From the NCBI GenBank assembly GCA_964480195.1, contig CAYZOJ010000001.1, positions 651 through 64,650 of the forward strand: a stretch of 64,000 bases of DNA. Reading direction: 5' to 3'. The notes beneath the pieces were generated by a model, which worked only from the letters and a program-made list of their open reading frames with translations, searched no databases and was not told where the DNA came from. Within the stretch, counting starts at the first letter, position 1, and each line of letters opens with the position of its first letter. Below, piece after piece: positions 47,901-56,785 of this stretch. This stretch comes from an uncultured Christensenellaceae bacterium (GTDB taxonomy: Bacteria > Bacillota > Clostridia > Christensenellales > DTU072). The translations under genes were made by a program, and so were the position numbers.

Positions 47901-50579
47901 TACGTTTGTCTTATCGGTGATGTCGAGAGTGTCAAACTTCATTGTCGCTTCGACTATAACCTCGTCGCCTTCGACAATTCCGATTACGTCGCTTTGTCTG
48001 ACTTCGGCGGGCAACGCGTCATAGCTGTTGTCCCATTCCTTGGTGTCGGTCAACGTTCCCGTGTTGTAACTCATACTCAACTGATACGGCTCTATGCGGA
48101 AACTTACCTGTCGCGATCCCATCCTTATGCCGTCTTTGTTGGCGTAAACTACCGTAAGCGTGTACTGCTCTTTGTCCGTTACGTTTGCGTCAACGGGCGC
48201 CCTACCGCCGTTATATATGACGGATACGCCGTAACCTTCGGGTTTACCAAGCTTCGATGTCGGGAATTCGACGGCTTTTCCGGAATACTCAACTCTGGAC
48301 GAGAATACGTCGGAGTCCCACTGGATGTATTCGACCTTGACTTCGAGAGAACTGAGTTTCTCGCTCATCTCGGTATCGAGTACTACCGCGGTACGATCTG
48401 CGTCGTAAGAATATTGCTCTTTTGTAAGAGCTATTTGGTTACCGCCGTTGTCGCGAGCGATGATTTGAGCTACGTAAGCACCGTCTTTAACAGTAACGGA
48501 GAAGTTAATCTTCTGTCCGACATAGTAAGTGGATGCGAATGTGGACGCGTCGGGCAACGTTACCGATACTTTATCCTCGCACGAATACTCTAACGTTTTT
48601 ACAAAACGCGCGTATACCGTGCCGTAAATTCCCGCGTCTTCTTCGGGAGCGTAATCGTTGCTGTCTTTGTATACGATACCTTCGTCTTTGTATCTGTATT
48701 CGACGCTAAAGCCGTCGTCTATATTCGTGCAATTAAAGCTTATCTTGCCGTCAGCGCTCTTTACCGCGTTTATCTTGCCGTTACGGGAATCGTAACACAA
48801 CGTGTTGCCTACGTCGCCCGTGAGTACGAAGGGGTTTTCCGTTCCGTCTTTTTTGGTGAGGCTTACAAAATACCATGCGTTTTTAACGGTTGTGGCTTTT
48901 GCTTCCCTATATCCGCCCGCCACGCCGTACATATTGGTCGACGTTCCGAGCGCGACAAACGTTACCGCACTCAAAATGTTTTGGTAAGTACCGCGATTTA
49001 CGCAACCTACCACACCGCCGGAATTGCCGAACGCGGATACCGTCGCACGGGTTTCGACATTGTAAATCTTGCCGTTTTCGGAATAGCCAACAAGAGATCC
49101 TACATACTCCGTACCCGTTATTACGCAGTTCGACGTAATCGTCAAATTCTTGATCTCCGCACCGTCGCGGATATATCCGAATATGCCTACGTAAGACGCG
49201 TCGCCGGATTCCGACACGTTCTTGTAACTATCGAGTTTGTGATATTTGCCGTCGAATACTCCGCGGAACGCGGTATCCGAATCGACGTCGCCGATAGGCG
49301 TTTGCTCGGACGTGAAAGTTATGTCCGCGCCGAGAGCAAAATACTCGCCGACGTAAGTTTCTTTATAAGTGTTTACGGCTTCCGCAAGATACGCGAACTG
49401 CGTTTCCGTTTTAATCACATAGGGATTTTGTTCACTGCCCCATTCATCTTCGGAAGTTACGTCCTTATCGAATTTGCGGACGGTTACCGCGGTTTGTACC
49501 GCCGTTTTGTTAGTGCTGTCGCGGAATTCGTATATAACCGGTCCCGCATACGCCGTGTGGTTATCGACGGAATACATTCTTACCCACTTGCGTTGAGAAA
49601 CAATCTGAGCACCGAATAAATCGTTAAGGTCCTCGGAGTTGAGTTCAACGTCCGTTATGCCCTTTACGCTATTTGCACTACTCGATATTTCGACAGCCGT
49701 TTTGTCGTAAGAATCGGTAGCTCCTCCGCCTATTGCTTTGACGTTACCGCCGTAACTTGCAAAAGAATTGTCAAAATACGACAGGTACGGAGTTCCCGTA
49801 TCGCTCGTTCTACCGCCTATTACACCGCCGACATTGAGCGGTGACGGGTTTTGCGAAGATACTTCCGCTATCGAATACGAGTACGCAAGCGTTCCCGAAT
49901 TCTTGCCTACCAAGCCTCCTATGTATGCGTTTAACGCGGAAGCCGTCGCTTTCCCGGACGCGAACGAAAAACGTATTATACCGTCGTTCACTCCGACTAA
50001 ACCGCCGATTTCGGAATATCCGCTGACCGTTCCGTTAAAGAACGAGCTCTCTATTTTACCCTTGTTTATGCCGACAAGACCGCCGACCGTCGGGTAAATG
50101 TCGCCGTCGACATTTGCGTCGTACACGCCGAGTTTGGTTATCTCACCCGAGGTACCGACATATCCGAAAAGTCCCGCCGTACCCGAAGTTGCCGTCAACG
50201 AGTAGTTCGAGATGATTTTGCCGTTACCGTCGAACTTGCCGTCAAACGGATACGCCTCCGTGCCTATCGGGCTGATTTCCGTTCCGTCGAGATCCAAATC
50301 GTTGCCGAGTCTGTACCAAGCGGTTCCGTAAGCGACTCCGTCTTTTGAGCCTCCGGCATTCACTTGCTCTGCAAAGAATACGAATTCCGCCTCGTTGTTG
50401 ATAAAGAACGGGGCATTCTCCGAGGTTCCGGAACCCATAAGTTCCGTGACGACCTCGCCTTCTTCGTCAAGAGCGACGGCTCTCATAGCGGGATTAAGCC
50501 CGACAAAAAGCATCGCAAATGCCAATGCGACTATCGTGATAGTAACGAATATAAACTTTCGGTTCGTCTTTATATACAT
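44997..50579 (-). CDS. giant cell-surface protein (1860 aa) with GLUG-motif regions, Ig-like modules, MBG (YGX) domains and a C-terminal TM anchor
   Basis: Signal peptide MYIKTNRKFIFVTITIVALAFAMLFVGLNPAMRAVA. GLUG-type repeats (VGGLVGINKGKIESS, IGGLVGVNDGII, IGGLVGKNSGTL, VGSLVGYSENGKI). MBG modules (KKYGEADPKPAYTIEGLANGDTAESI). The C-terminus YIIVIAAAVVVIVLIIFISVRVKKKREK is hydrophobic then basic. Confidence 0.9.
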   Translation of the reverse strand: MYIKTNRKFIFVTITIVALAFAMLFVGLNPAMRAVALDEEGEVVTELMGSGTSENAPFFINNEAEFVFFAEQVNAGGSKDGVAYGTAWYRLGNDLDLDGTEISPIGTEAYPFDGKFDGNGKIISNYSLTATSGTAGLFGYVGTSGEITKLGVYDANVDGDIYPTVGGLVGINKGKIESSFFNGTVSGYSEIGGLVGVNDGIIRFSFASGKATASALNAYIGGLVGKNSGTLAYSYSIAEVSSQNPSPLNVGGVIGGRTSDTGTPYLSYFDNSFASYGGNVKAIGGGATDSYDKTAVEISSSANSVKGITDVELNSEDLNDLFGAQIVSQRKWVRMYSVDNHTAYAGPVIYEFRDSTNKTAVQTAVTVRKFDKDVTSEDEWGSEQNPYVIKTETQFAYLAEAVNTYKETYVGEYFALGADITFTSEQTPIGDVDSDTAFRGVFDGKYHKLDSYKNVSESGDASYVGIFGYIRDGAEIKNLTITSNCVITGTEYVGSLVGYSENGKIYNVETRATVSAFGNSGGVVGCVNRGTYQNILSAVTFVALGTSTNMYGVAGGYREAKATTVKNAWYFVSLTKKDGTENPFVLTGDVGNTLCYDSRNGKINAVKSADGKISFNCTNIDDGFSVEYRYKDEGIVYKDSNDYAPEEDAGIYGTVYARFVKTLEYSCEDKVSVTLPDASTFASTYYVGQKINFSVTVKDGAYVAQIIARDNGGNQIALTKEQYSYDADRTAVVLDTEMSEKLSSLEVKVEYIQWDSDVFSSRVEYSGKAVEFPTSKLGKPEGYGVSVIYNGGRAPVDANVTDKEQYTLTVVYANKDGIRMGSRQVSFRIEPYQLSMSYNTGTLTDTKEWDNSYDALPAEVRQSDVIGIVEGDEVIVEATMKFDTLDITDKTNVTYTFTLSGADKTNYKAPEDYVGNGKIVKRNVTVSFVSGYEGEYAGTGRMPSLTTHEWSLEGAVVSVRLLPKFSFEPLDGQTMGDVGNYKLRVSIDSTSGSADKYYNLTFKEAEEGNDYVVYKVNPKEVYVQYDGILGSDGNNLVYDGKEHIVEASFTDVDNKTRKLSVTGKMLTPAEKADITAMQGAGTYSFEVIGFTDGNYKLVNPKVEVVIEKAEQSAITLDCANEVVFGHTVTVTATGGNTDGNEPDRYTYEVKEGYSDVGSFDGNVLSFSKAGKIEIIVTKCETSNYKSVSAEATIIINKAQMTLVVCDKTIDYGVSPEFTVRYGDSTEVPSGVSGIIVLVDGVKHEEDSVYSAGNHTLGLDLSEAVSDGYTFKAGADGTLTVSKLAITVTADDVSSVYGEELAELTFTTSPEATLSGALACETEAKVGSYPISAGNLAEENPDYEITFVSGTYKITPATLTVKVTPQTKKYGEADPKPAYTIEGLANGDTAESIELEVSLTRIEGENAYIGTSTVGYATYEYINKGISHSSENYLATVLFETSGLKITRALPETTDNITVNADPGTLLSEIAVPELEFYGAKEATLKGTLAWANDETLDFKESETRTCKVVFSPEDPNYDECEADVTVKVNPIRITVSFSGSGTSYDGSVHKDDVKYSFRGLREGDTEEDLGVIKTYDGDFIGAGTHTLKIAIGNKNYVLGGSTSYNFKIKKAELNISIEDIEAIEGSEFRAEFYYEGFCGGDGEDDLKVKPSVDLPSVAGTYKVTPYGAKDDNYDFIYLDATVKIYAPQINATGEEDGEVEATFDGKFDAETVITVKDADTSRILTAFNDAKSAYTTLEDKSAYKYYNIKYSVGDAEITPDGEIYLTFTLPEDAGNTEELAFFTVSRSGELIYVRDVVIDGDDVKINVTGASGVVIARTSEAGSQMYIIVIAAAVVVIVLIIFISVRVKKKREKRYIKYRD

Positions 50580-50611
50580 ACGCGCACCTTAAAATATAAA
50601 TATACATAAGC

Positions 50612-50640
50612 ATTATAGCATAGATATATAGAAAAGTAAA
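50612..50640 (-). promoter_or_regulatory. putative promoter of the 1860-aa surface protein operon
   Basis: On the minus strand, TTTACT (50640-50635) is followed by a 17-nt spacer and tgcTATAAT (-10 at 50617-50612, with an extended TG). SD aaggtg precedes the ATG at 50579. Confidence 0.45.
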
Positions 50641-50675
50641 TATTAAAAGTGAATCTCAAAAAAATATGCGAGAAG

Positions 50676-50930
50676 GCTTAGTGCTAAGATGGGCTGACGG
50701 AATGATGTTTGCCTTACGGCAATGAGGCTTGCGCAATGATGTTGCCTTCGGCAATACTGCTTGCGCAATGAAATCTTGCTTTGCAAGATGAAATCCGCAT
50801 TCGCGGGTGAAATCTGCCTACGGCAGGTGAAATATTCGCTTCGCGAATGTTGTGGTATTTAGGAGCAGAATGACAATCCCTCAGTCTACGCCGTAAACGG
50901 CGTATCCAGCTCCCTTTACACAAAGGAGCC
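50676..50930. repeat. mini-hairpin array B (type-2 units and core motif, inverted relative to array A)
   Basis: Hairpins include ttgcc-ttac-ggcaa, ttgcc-ttc-ggcaa, tcttgc-ttt-gcaaga, ccgc-attc-gcgg, ctgcc-tac-ggcag, attcgc-ttc-gcgaat and cgccg-taaa-cggcg. The linker (g/a)tgaaat is the reverse complement of atttca(c/t) in array A. The core motif ttgtggtatttaggagcagaatgacaatccctcagtctacg lies at 50849-50889. Confidence 0.85.
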
Positions 50931-51047
50931 TTAAAACTTGCGTAAATTTACTGGTTTTCTTCTAAATTTACCTATTTTTCGATGTTAATACTATCGTTCT
51001 ATAGCGAAATACAGCCGTCAAGATGAACAATACTGTCGCCAATTATA

Positions 51048-51250
51048 GGCGCATTGTGTAGCTCTCGGTGGGATATTTAGTCATATAACGCAAGAAAATC
51101 CGAGCGGAAGCAGTACAAGCGTACGCGGGCGAGGATTTGGGCGCCCGTAAGGGCTTAACAAGCCCTTTATCTTGCGTTAGAGGGCTGAAGAGCACAGCGA
51201 GAGCGTATATAGTGGGGAGCAAGTAAAACCCGAAAAATTAAAAATAGGCT
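51048..51250. ncRNA. unclassified structured module, copy 2
   Basis: Same order and orientation as 28273-28466. The closing helix is gctctcggtggg (51061-51072) with cacagcgagagc (51193-51204). The inner helix is aacgcaaga (51087-51095) with tcttgcgtt (51170-51178). The three nested hairpins are conserved. Confidence 0.5.
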
Positions 51251-51269
51251 ATCCGCTAACGTTCTCCGT

Positions 51270-51305
51270 ATAAGAAAAATAGACTAACGTGTTGCCGTCA
51301 GCCTA
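51270..51305 (-). terminator. rho-independent terminator of the 771-aa gene
   Basis: On the minus strand, TAGGCTGAC-ggcaacac-GTTAGTCTA forms a 9-bp stem with two G.U pairs valid only in the minus sense. It is followed by TTTTTCTTAT. Confidence 0.6.
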
Positions 51306-51341
51306 TTACTTTTCTAATCATACCCGCCTATTTTTCGGGTT

Positions 51342-53657
51342 TTACTTGCTCTTCACGATAAAAATAAGACCTGCGTGCGGAGCAAGTTTGATTGCCTTGC
51401 CGAGATTAAACGGACGTCCCTTTTGCATATTCCTTATCTCGGGACAACGGACTTTTTTGCCGACTGTCGTGAACCCGAGTTTGTTTTCGACGCCTATTTC
51501 GAACGTCTTTTTCTCTTCGGAATCGTTATACAAAACGGCTATCATATCTTTGCCGTTGATATACGACGTGCAATAGACGGACGCGTTATCCGATCTCACG
51601 GGATTGGTCTTGTCCCAATAGCCCTTTAACTCGGCATTTCCTATGTCGAAATCGCGGAATACGCGGTTAAGATCCTCTATCGCCTCGGTCGTTTCTTCAT
51701 CCTCACCGACACACGGGATTATTCCCGTCAGCAATCCCCTGCATATGCCTATCGGCGAGAGCGAATCGACGGTGAAGCCGTACGGCACACCGCTTACGCC
51801 TATCAATGTGGAATCGAGATCACGATCTCCGTATCCTTTTACTGCAACCTTAGAAACGAACGGCAATACGTCCGCATAAGTCGAAAGAGTATCTATGCGA
51901 CAGTCGGAATCCCCGTATCTGTTCGACAACACAAGTTCGGTAAATCCGCCCCCTCTTTTGCGGGTCATACATTTTTGTATTCTCTCCGCAACCGTAGGGG
52001 TAAGCGACGGATTGTGCATCGAAACGAAGTCGATATCCGCAACGCCTATAAGCCTCTTTAACGACTCGACGTAATAGTTATCGAACCTTGACGCCGTGGC
52101 TATGTGCCCGAACTCGCCAAAGTCCGTACGGAAACGGTCGAACATTATTTCGCCGTCCAACGACATTAGCGCGTAATACTCCGCGACATCGGATCCGAGC
52201 GTGTTGATACCGTATTCCAAACCGCACGCAATATCACGCTTATGGGCTACCAAAGTGAGCTTTTTGAGAGCCTTAACATCGTCTTGGACACTCTTTACGT
52301 GAGCGTTGCCCGCAGAAGGACGACCTACCGACAACGACGTCGTGCAGTAGCGCGAAGCGCGTGCCGACTCATCTTGGAAACCGCCTTGACCGAGTGTATA
52401 AATCCTGTTCCCTGCCGAAGCTCTGAGATCCAACGGACGGAACGGAGTAAGGTGTATATCGAAGCAGAACGACACCTTGTCGCCCTTTGCAAAAATCATC
52501 TTGCCTGTATACGCCGAGAACAACGCGCCTTCGTCTATTCTGCGAACGGTTACTCCGCCTTTGCCGTAATTTGCCCAAGTGGTCTTAGGCGGACGGGCGC
52601 CCGTTTCCAACGGGGCTCCGTATACGGGGAAGTCGCAGTTGTCGCGGTTTTCTCTAAGTCTTATACGGGCACCGCAGTTTACGTTGCCGATATAAAGATA
52701 GTCCCCGCCGACTTCCGTCCATTTGTAATCGAGGTCTTTGAGTCTACCCGGAGCCATACCCATTCCGACACCGTAATCGGCAGACGCAAAATACGCGTTC
52801 AGGCGTATGTCTTCGACAATGGCGTCTTCAAACGCGTCTATCGTAACGGTATAATGCAAAACGCCCTCGTAATGCGCTTCTGCGTTTACGGTTATATGCA
52901 ACTTATCGGATCTGCCGTCGGAAACTATTAACGCGGAATCGGGCTTATCGGTAATCTTTATACGGTTATACTTAAACTTTTGCCCTTCCGCGATAAACTC
53001 CATGGGACGGAAAAACAGCGACGCCGTTACCTCGTCCGTAAGCGCGTTGGATTCGGAATAATAGCTCTCGACGTCATTTATAAAGCCGTCGCCCGTAAAA
53101 CTCACGCGTTTTCCCGTAAACGTTACGGAGTTCTTGTCCGCCGAAACCGCGTAGAAACCCGGGACGAGTTTCTTATCCATATATTCGGTGGAATTGAGCC
53201 ATTTTAGCCTTGCAAGCGTGCTTCCGTCGTCCGTACCCTCGTTAAAAACGAGTTTGTCGGTAAGCTTGAATACGAGTTCCACTTTTTCGCCGTCAACGTA
53301 AACGTCCGTGCGATATTCGTCGATATCCGCTCTCGAGAGGTCTACGCCTATCAACAGAACGGTTATCGCGCCCGCGTTTACTCTGACGGGACGGGTAAAT
53401 TTTTTACCGTCCGCGCCGACGCCTTCGGAATTAAAGCAAGTTACGGCTTTATCGAAATTCTTGTTTGCACCTCTGAGCGGTCCCGTTTTGACCTCGACAA
53501 GCGCGTCAAAGCCCGTCAAAACAGCCAGCTGAACGACGTAATACTCGTGCCTTGACGGCGTATATTCGAACGTACGTCCGTCGTTTAACCCGTCAAGCAC
53601 GGAAAGATCGTAACGGTCGCTAATTACCGTTTTTCGGTCAATCGAATAAATTTTCAT
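51342..53657 (-). CDS. uncharacterised 771-aa protein, possibly a glycoside-hydrolase-like enzyme (operonic with GH2)
   Basis: Long ORF with SD ggagaa and no signal peptide. It sits 12 nt downstream of the GH2 gene. I cannot assign a family from sequence alone; the GH123/DUF4091-like idea is only a guess. Confidence 0.6.
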   Translation of the reverse strand: MKIYSIDRKTVISDRYDLSVLDGLNDGRTFEYTPSRHEYYVVQLAVLTGFDALVEVKTGPLRGANKNFDKAVTCFNSEGVGADGKKFTRPVRVNAGAITVLLIGVDLSRADIDEYRTDVYVDGEKVELVFKLTDKLVFNEGTDDGSTLARLKWLNSTEYMDKKLVPGFYAVSADKNSVTFTGKRVSFTGDGFINDVESYYSESNALTDEVTASLFFRPMEFIAEGQKFKYNRIKITDKPDSALIVSDGRSDKLHITVNAEAHYEGVLHYTVTIDAFEDAIVEDIRLNAYFASADYGVGMGMAPGRLKDLDYKWTEVGGDYLYIGNVNCGARIRLRENRDNCDFPVYGAPLETGARPPKTTWANYGKGGVTVRRIDEGALFSAYTGKMIFAKGDKVSFCFDIHLTPFRPLDLRASAGNRIYTLGQGGFQDESARASRYCTTSLSVGRPSAGNAHVKSVQDDVKALKKLTLVAHKRDIACGLEYGINTLGSDVAEYYALMSLDGEIMFDRFRTDFGEFGHIATASRFDNYYVESLKRLIGVADIDFVSMHNPSLTPTVAERIQKCMTRKRGGGFTELVLSNRYGDSDCRIDTLSTYADVLPFVSKVAVKGYGDRDLDSTLIGVSGVPYGFTVDSLSPIGICRGLLTGIIPCVGEDEETTEAIEDLNRVFRDFDIGNAELKGYWDKTNPVRSDNASVYCTSYINGKDMIAVLYNDSEEKKTFEIGVENKLGFTTVGKKVRCPEIRNMQKGRPFNLGKAIKLAPHAGLIFIVKSK

Positions 53658-53669
53658 GTTTTCTCCGAT

Positions 53670-56600
53670 TTATTTTACTATTTTTTTGAGTTTGAGCGCG
53701 GTAAATGGTATGAGCTTAAAGCTATACGTATAACTGCGCTTGGTTTTGAGTCTGTATTGTTCCATCGGACGAGGTCCGCAACTGTTACTGCCTATACCGC
53801 CCATATAGCCGTCGACGGTAACGTAATTGACGTCCTCGGTTACGATGTCTTCCCTATGGTTCCATTTGGACAACGCTTCGGGAGAATAGCGTTTGACGCC
53901 GAAGTTGAACGGCATACTGTCCGCAAGCACCATTACTCCGGCGCCGTTCGCGTTCGCAAACGCCACGTAGCGAACGTCGGTACGGTTACCGCATTCTTGA
54001 GGTCTGATATAGGGTTCCTCGAAATCGGCAACCTTGGCGGAATATACGCCGAGCCTCGATTGAGATTTGAAGTCGGGATAGCATTCTCTCGCGCCGTAGC
54101 CGTAATAAACGACGTTTTCAAAACGCGAAGCAAGTTCGATAATCTTACCGACTCTCGGAAGATCCGGTCCTTGCTTATCAAACGACGTTACACTGCTTTG
54201 TACCGTAACTTCGCCGTTTCCGTCTACGATATAAGTATCCTTGACGGTAAGCACTTTCTTCTTGCCCGCGCGAGCTATGGTAACAACCGAAATTTCGGCT
54301 CTGTCCGCATACTGCGCGACGTTGAAGCTTTGATTTTCGTATACCAACGCGTCGTAACCCGCTTTCGACCAACTCGCCTTGACATCGCGGTCGTTATCCG
54401 TGGGCGCACGATAAATGTTGGTATAAATCCTACCGAAATTCGCTTTACCTATATTCTTTTCGGCAAAATAGCTCACGCCGTCCGCTTCGTACCTGACAAG
54501 TATTCCGCTGGTTTTGTCAAAACGGAGTTTGCCGTTTGTGAACTCCACGTCCAAAAGGTTTGCGATTTCGACTATCTTTACACCGCTTTCGGGTTTTTGA
54601 ACGCCCAAGTCCGTAAGCGCTTCGTTGACGGTTACCTGATCGCACGCAACCAGTCTTTCGCCGTCGTAATAATCGAGATTTATGACGATATCGCCCTTGC
54701 GGATTTCGCAGTTAAGATTATACGCTCTCGACGCTCCCGCTTCGATGTCGGAAGGCAATACGAACTCGTATATAATCTTGCCTTCGAGGAGCATCGCGCA
54801 CTTAACAGTCAGATATGACGCGTTGCGGAATGCGTTACGGTTGCGGAGCTCGAGCATACCGCCACCGAGATATTTTGCATAAAGAGGTCTGTAGCTGTTG
54901 CGCATAGCGTATGCACTCGTCGAAGGAGTACGATCGGGATAGAACAGTCCGTCCACGCAGAAGTTTCCGTCGTGTACGTATTCGCCGTGGTCCCCGCCGT
55001 AGGTATATTTATAAGGCTTGTCGTCGCCGTGTCTTACGGCGTGATCGACCATTTCCCAAATGCAACCGCCCATAAGGTTTTCATAACGGAAGAACGCGTC
55101 GACATACTCTTCGAGACTGCCGGGTCCGACGCCCATGGCGTGTGCGTATTCGCAAAGGAAGAACGGCTTTGTCTTTAAGGCTTTTGTGGCGGGTGCCGTA
55201 TAAAGCCCGGGAGCTCCCTCTCCTATTTTACGGCAATTATCTACCGAAGTGTACATCATCGAAGCCACGTCGTACGCTCCGCGCTTGGTAGCTATCGCGC
55301 GCTCGTAATGAACGGGAAGAAGCGTAAGCTTACGGAGGTTCGCGTAGCAATAATCCTGGCATGCGATACCGTGAGATTCGTTACCGAGCGACCACATGGT
55401 AACGGACGGCGAGTTGCGATCGCGCATATACATCGATCTTACTCTGTCCCAATAATGTTCTTTCCACTTTAGGTTTCTGCTTATCTGTTTACGGTTACTC
55501 AAACCGTGCGTTTCGATATCTGCTTCGTCTATTATGTAAAGTCCGTAAATATCCGCAAGTTCTATAAACAGCGGGTCCGGAGGATAATGGGACGTGCGCA
55601 CGCAGTTGACGTTGAAATCCTTACAGAGGAGAATGTCTTTTTCGATTTTTTCGGGCGTCATATACCAGCCGGTATCGCAGTCGGTATCGTGGTGATTTAC
55701 TCCGAGAAGCTTGACACGTCTGCCGTTCACGCGGAACACTTTGCCGTCTATGGTTACGGTCTTGAAACCGACCTTTTTGACGATACTCTCTTGCGCCTTA
55801 CCGCCCTTAGAAAGAGTCAATACGAGAGTGTAAACCGTCGGCACTTCCGCATTCCATTCTTCGACGTCGAGAGCTCCGAACATAATTTGAGTTTCGGCTT
55901 GCGCGTCGACAGTCCTCGTCGCGACGATTTTGCCGTCTTTTATAATCTTGGCGCATACGCTCGCGCCGTCAGACTCCGTAACTTTGACGTTGAGAATGGC
56001 GTCGTAAGCACCGCCCTGTTTGGTGGTGAAAAACTCGAAATCGTAAATGTGGGTCTTATTGTTGACGTAAAGCAATACGTCGCGGAAAATACCGTTGTTA
56101 CGGAAGAAGTCCTGATCTTCCATATAAGAGCCGTTACACCATTTGTGAACGACGCACACCATTTCGTTTTCGCCGTCGAGAAGATATTTGTCAAGTAAAA
56201 ACTCTGCGGTATTGTGGCTACCCTCGGAATAACCGACGTATTGACCGTTGACGTAAAGCTCGAGATTGGACGCAACTCCGAGGAAAGAAACTATATACGT
56301 CTTATTCGTATCGGAAACGTCGAATTTGGTTCTGTATACGCCTACGCTGTTGTATTGCTTGTCGCCTACAACGTAAGTTTCGCCGTCTACCGCGCCTTGG
56401 TATACGCCTTCGATCTTATTGACCGAAACCTTGGGCGGAGTGGTAAGATACGGGTATCCGATGTTTGTGTAGAAAGGCGGTTCATAACCCGTAAACTGCC
56501 AGCACGACGGAACTTTAACTTTATCGAACGGGATATTGTCGGTATCTATCACGGCGGGCATCGCCTTATCGTTTACGTAATAGATGAAATCCCACTCGCC

Positions 56601-56768
56601 GTTCAGTATGCGAACTTTATCGCTTACGTAACGTTTTTCGGTAGGTTTTGCGCGCAATGCGTCTTTCTCGCTCGAAAACGGAATAAAGTACGCACGGGGT
56701 TCGAGCTTGTTTTCTCTGAAAACTTTGAAGTTCTTGAAGTTCGATTTTTCTTTGAGCTTGTAAATCAT
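53670..56768 (-). CDS. beta-galactosidase, GH2 (LacZ-like)
   Basis: Acid/base motif WSLGNESHG, nucleophile region CEYAHAMGVGPG and a C-terminal small-chain domain. 1032 aa. Confidence 0.92.
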   Translation of the reverse strand: MIYKLKEKSNFKNFKVFRENKLEPRAYFIPFSSEKDALRAKPTEKRYVSDKVRILNGEWDFIYYVNDKAMPAVIDTDNIPFDKVKVPSCWQFTGYEPPFYTNIGYPYLTTPPKVSVNKIEGVYQGAVDGETYVVGDKQYNSVGVYRTKFDVSDTNKTYIVSFLGVASNLELYVNGQYVGYSEGSHNTAEFLLDKYLLDGENEMVCVVHKWCNGSYMEDQDFFRNNGIFRDVLLYVNNKTHIYDFEFFTTKQGGAYDAILNVKVTESDGASVCAKIIKDGKIVATRTVDAQAETQIMFGALDVEEWNAEVPTVYTLVLTLSKGGKAQESIVKKVGFKTVTIDGKVFRVNGRRVKLLGVNHHDTDCDTGWYMTPEKIEKDILLCKDFNVNCVRTSHYPPDPLFIELADIYGLYIIDEADIETHGLSNRKQISRNLKWKEHYWDRVRSMYMRDRNSPSVTMWSLGNESHGIACQDYCYANLRKLTLLPVHYERAIATKRGAYDVASMMYTSVDNCRKIGEGAPGLYTAPATKALKTKPFFLCEYAHAMGVGPGSLEEYVDAFFRYENLMGGCIWEMVDHAVRHGDDKPYKYTYGGDHGEYVHDGNFCVDGLFYPDRTPSTSAYAMRNSYRPLYAKYLGGGMLELRNRNAFRNASYLTVKCAMLLEGKIIYEFVLPSDIEAGASRAYNLNCEIRKGDIVINLDYYDGERLVACDQVTVNEALTDLGVQKPESGVKIVEIANLLDVEFTNGKLRFDKTSGILVRYEADGVSYFAEKNIGKANFGRIYTNIYRAPTDNDRDVKASWSKAGYDALVYENQSFNVAQYADRAEISVVTIARAGKKKVLTVKDTYIVDGNGEVTVQSSVTSFDKQGPDLPRVGKIIELASRFENVVYYGYGARECYPDFKSQSRLGVYSAKVADFEEPYIRPQECGNRTDVRYVAFANANGAGVMVLADSMPFNFGVKRYSPEALSKWNHREDIVTEDVNYVTVDGYMGGIGSNSCGPRPMEQYRLKTKRSYTYSFKLIPFTALKLKKIVK

Positions 56769-56785
56769 ATCTCCTCCGAAATACG

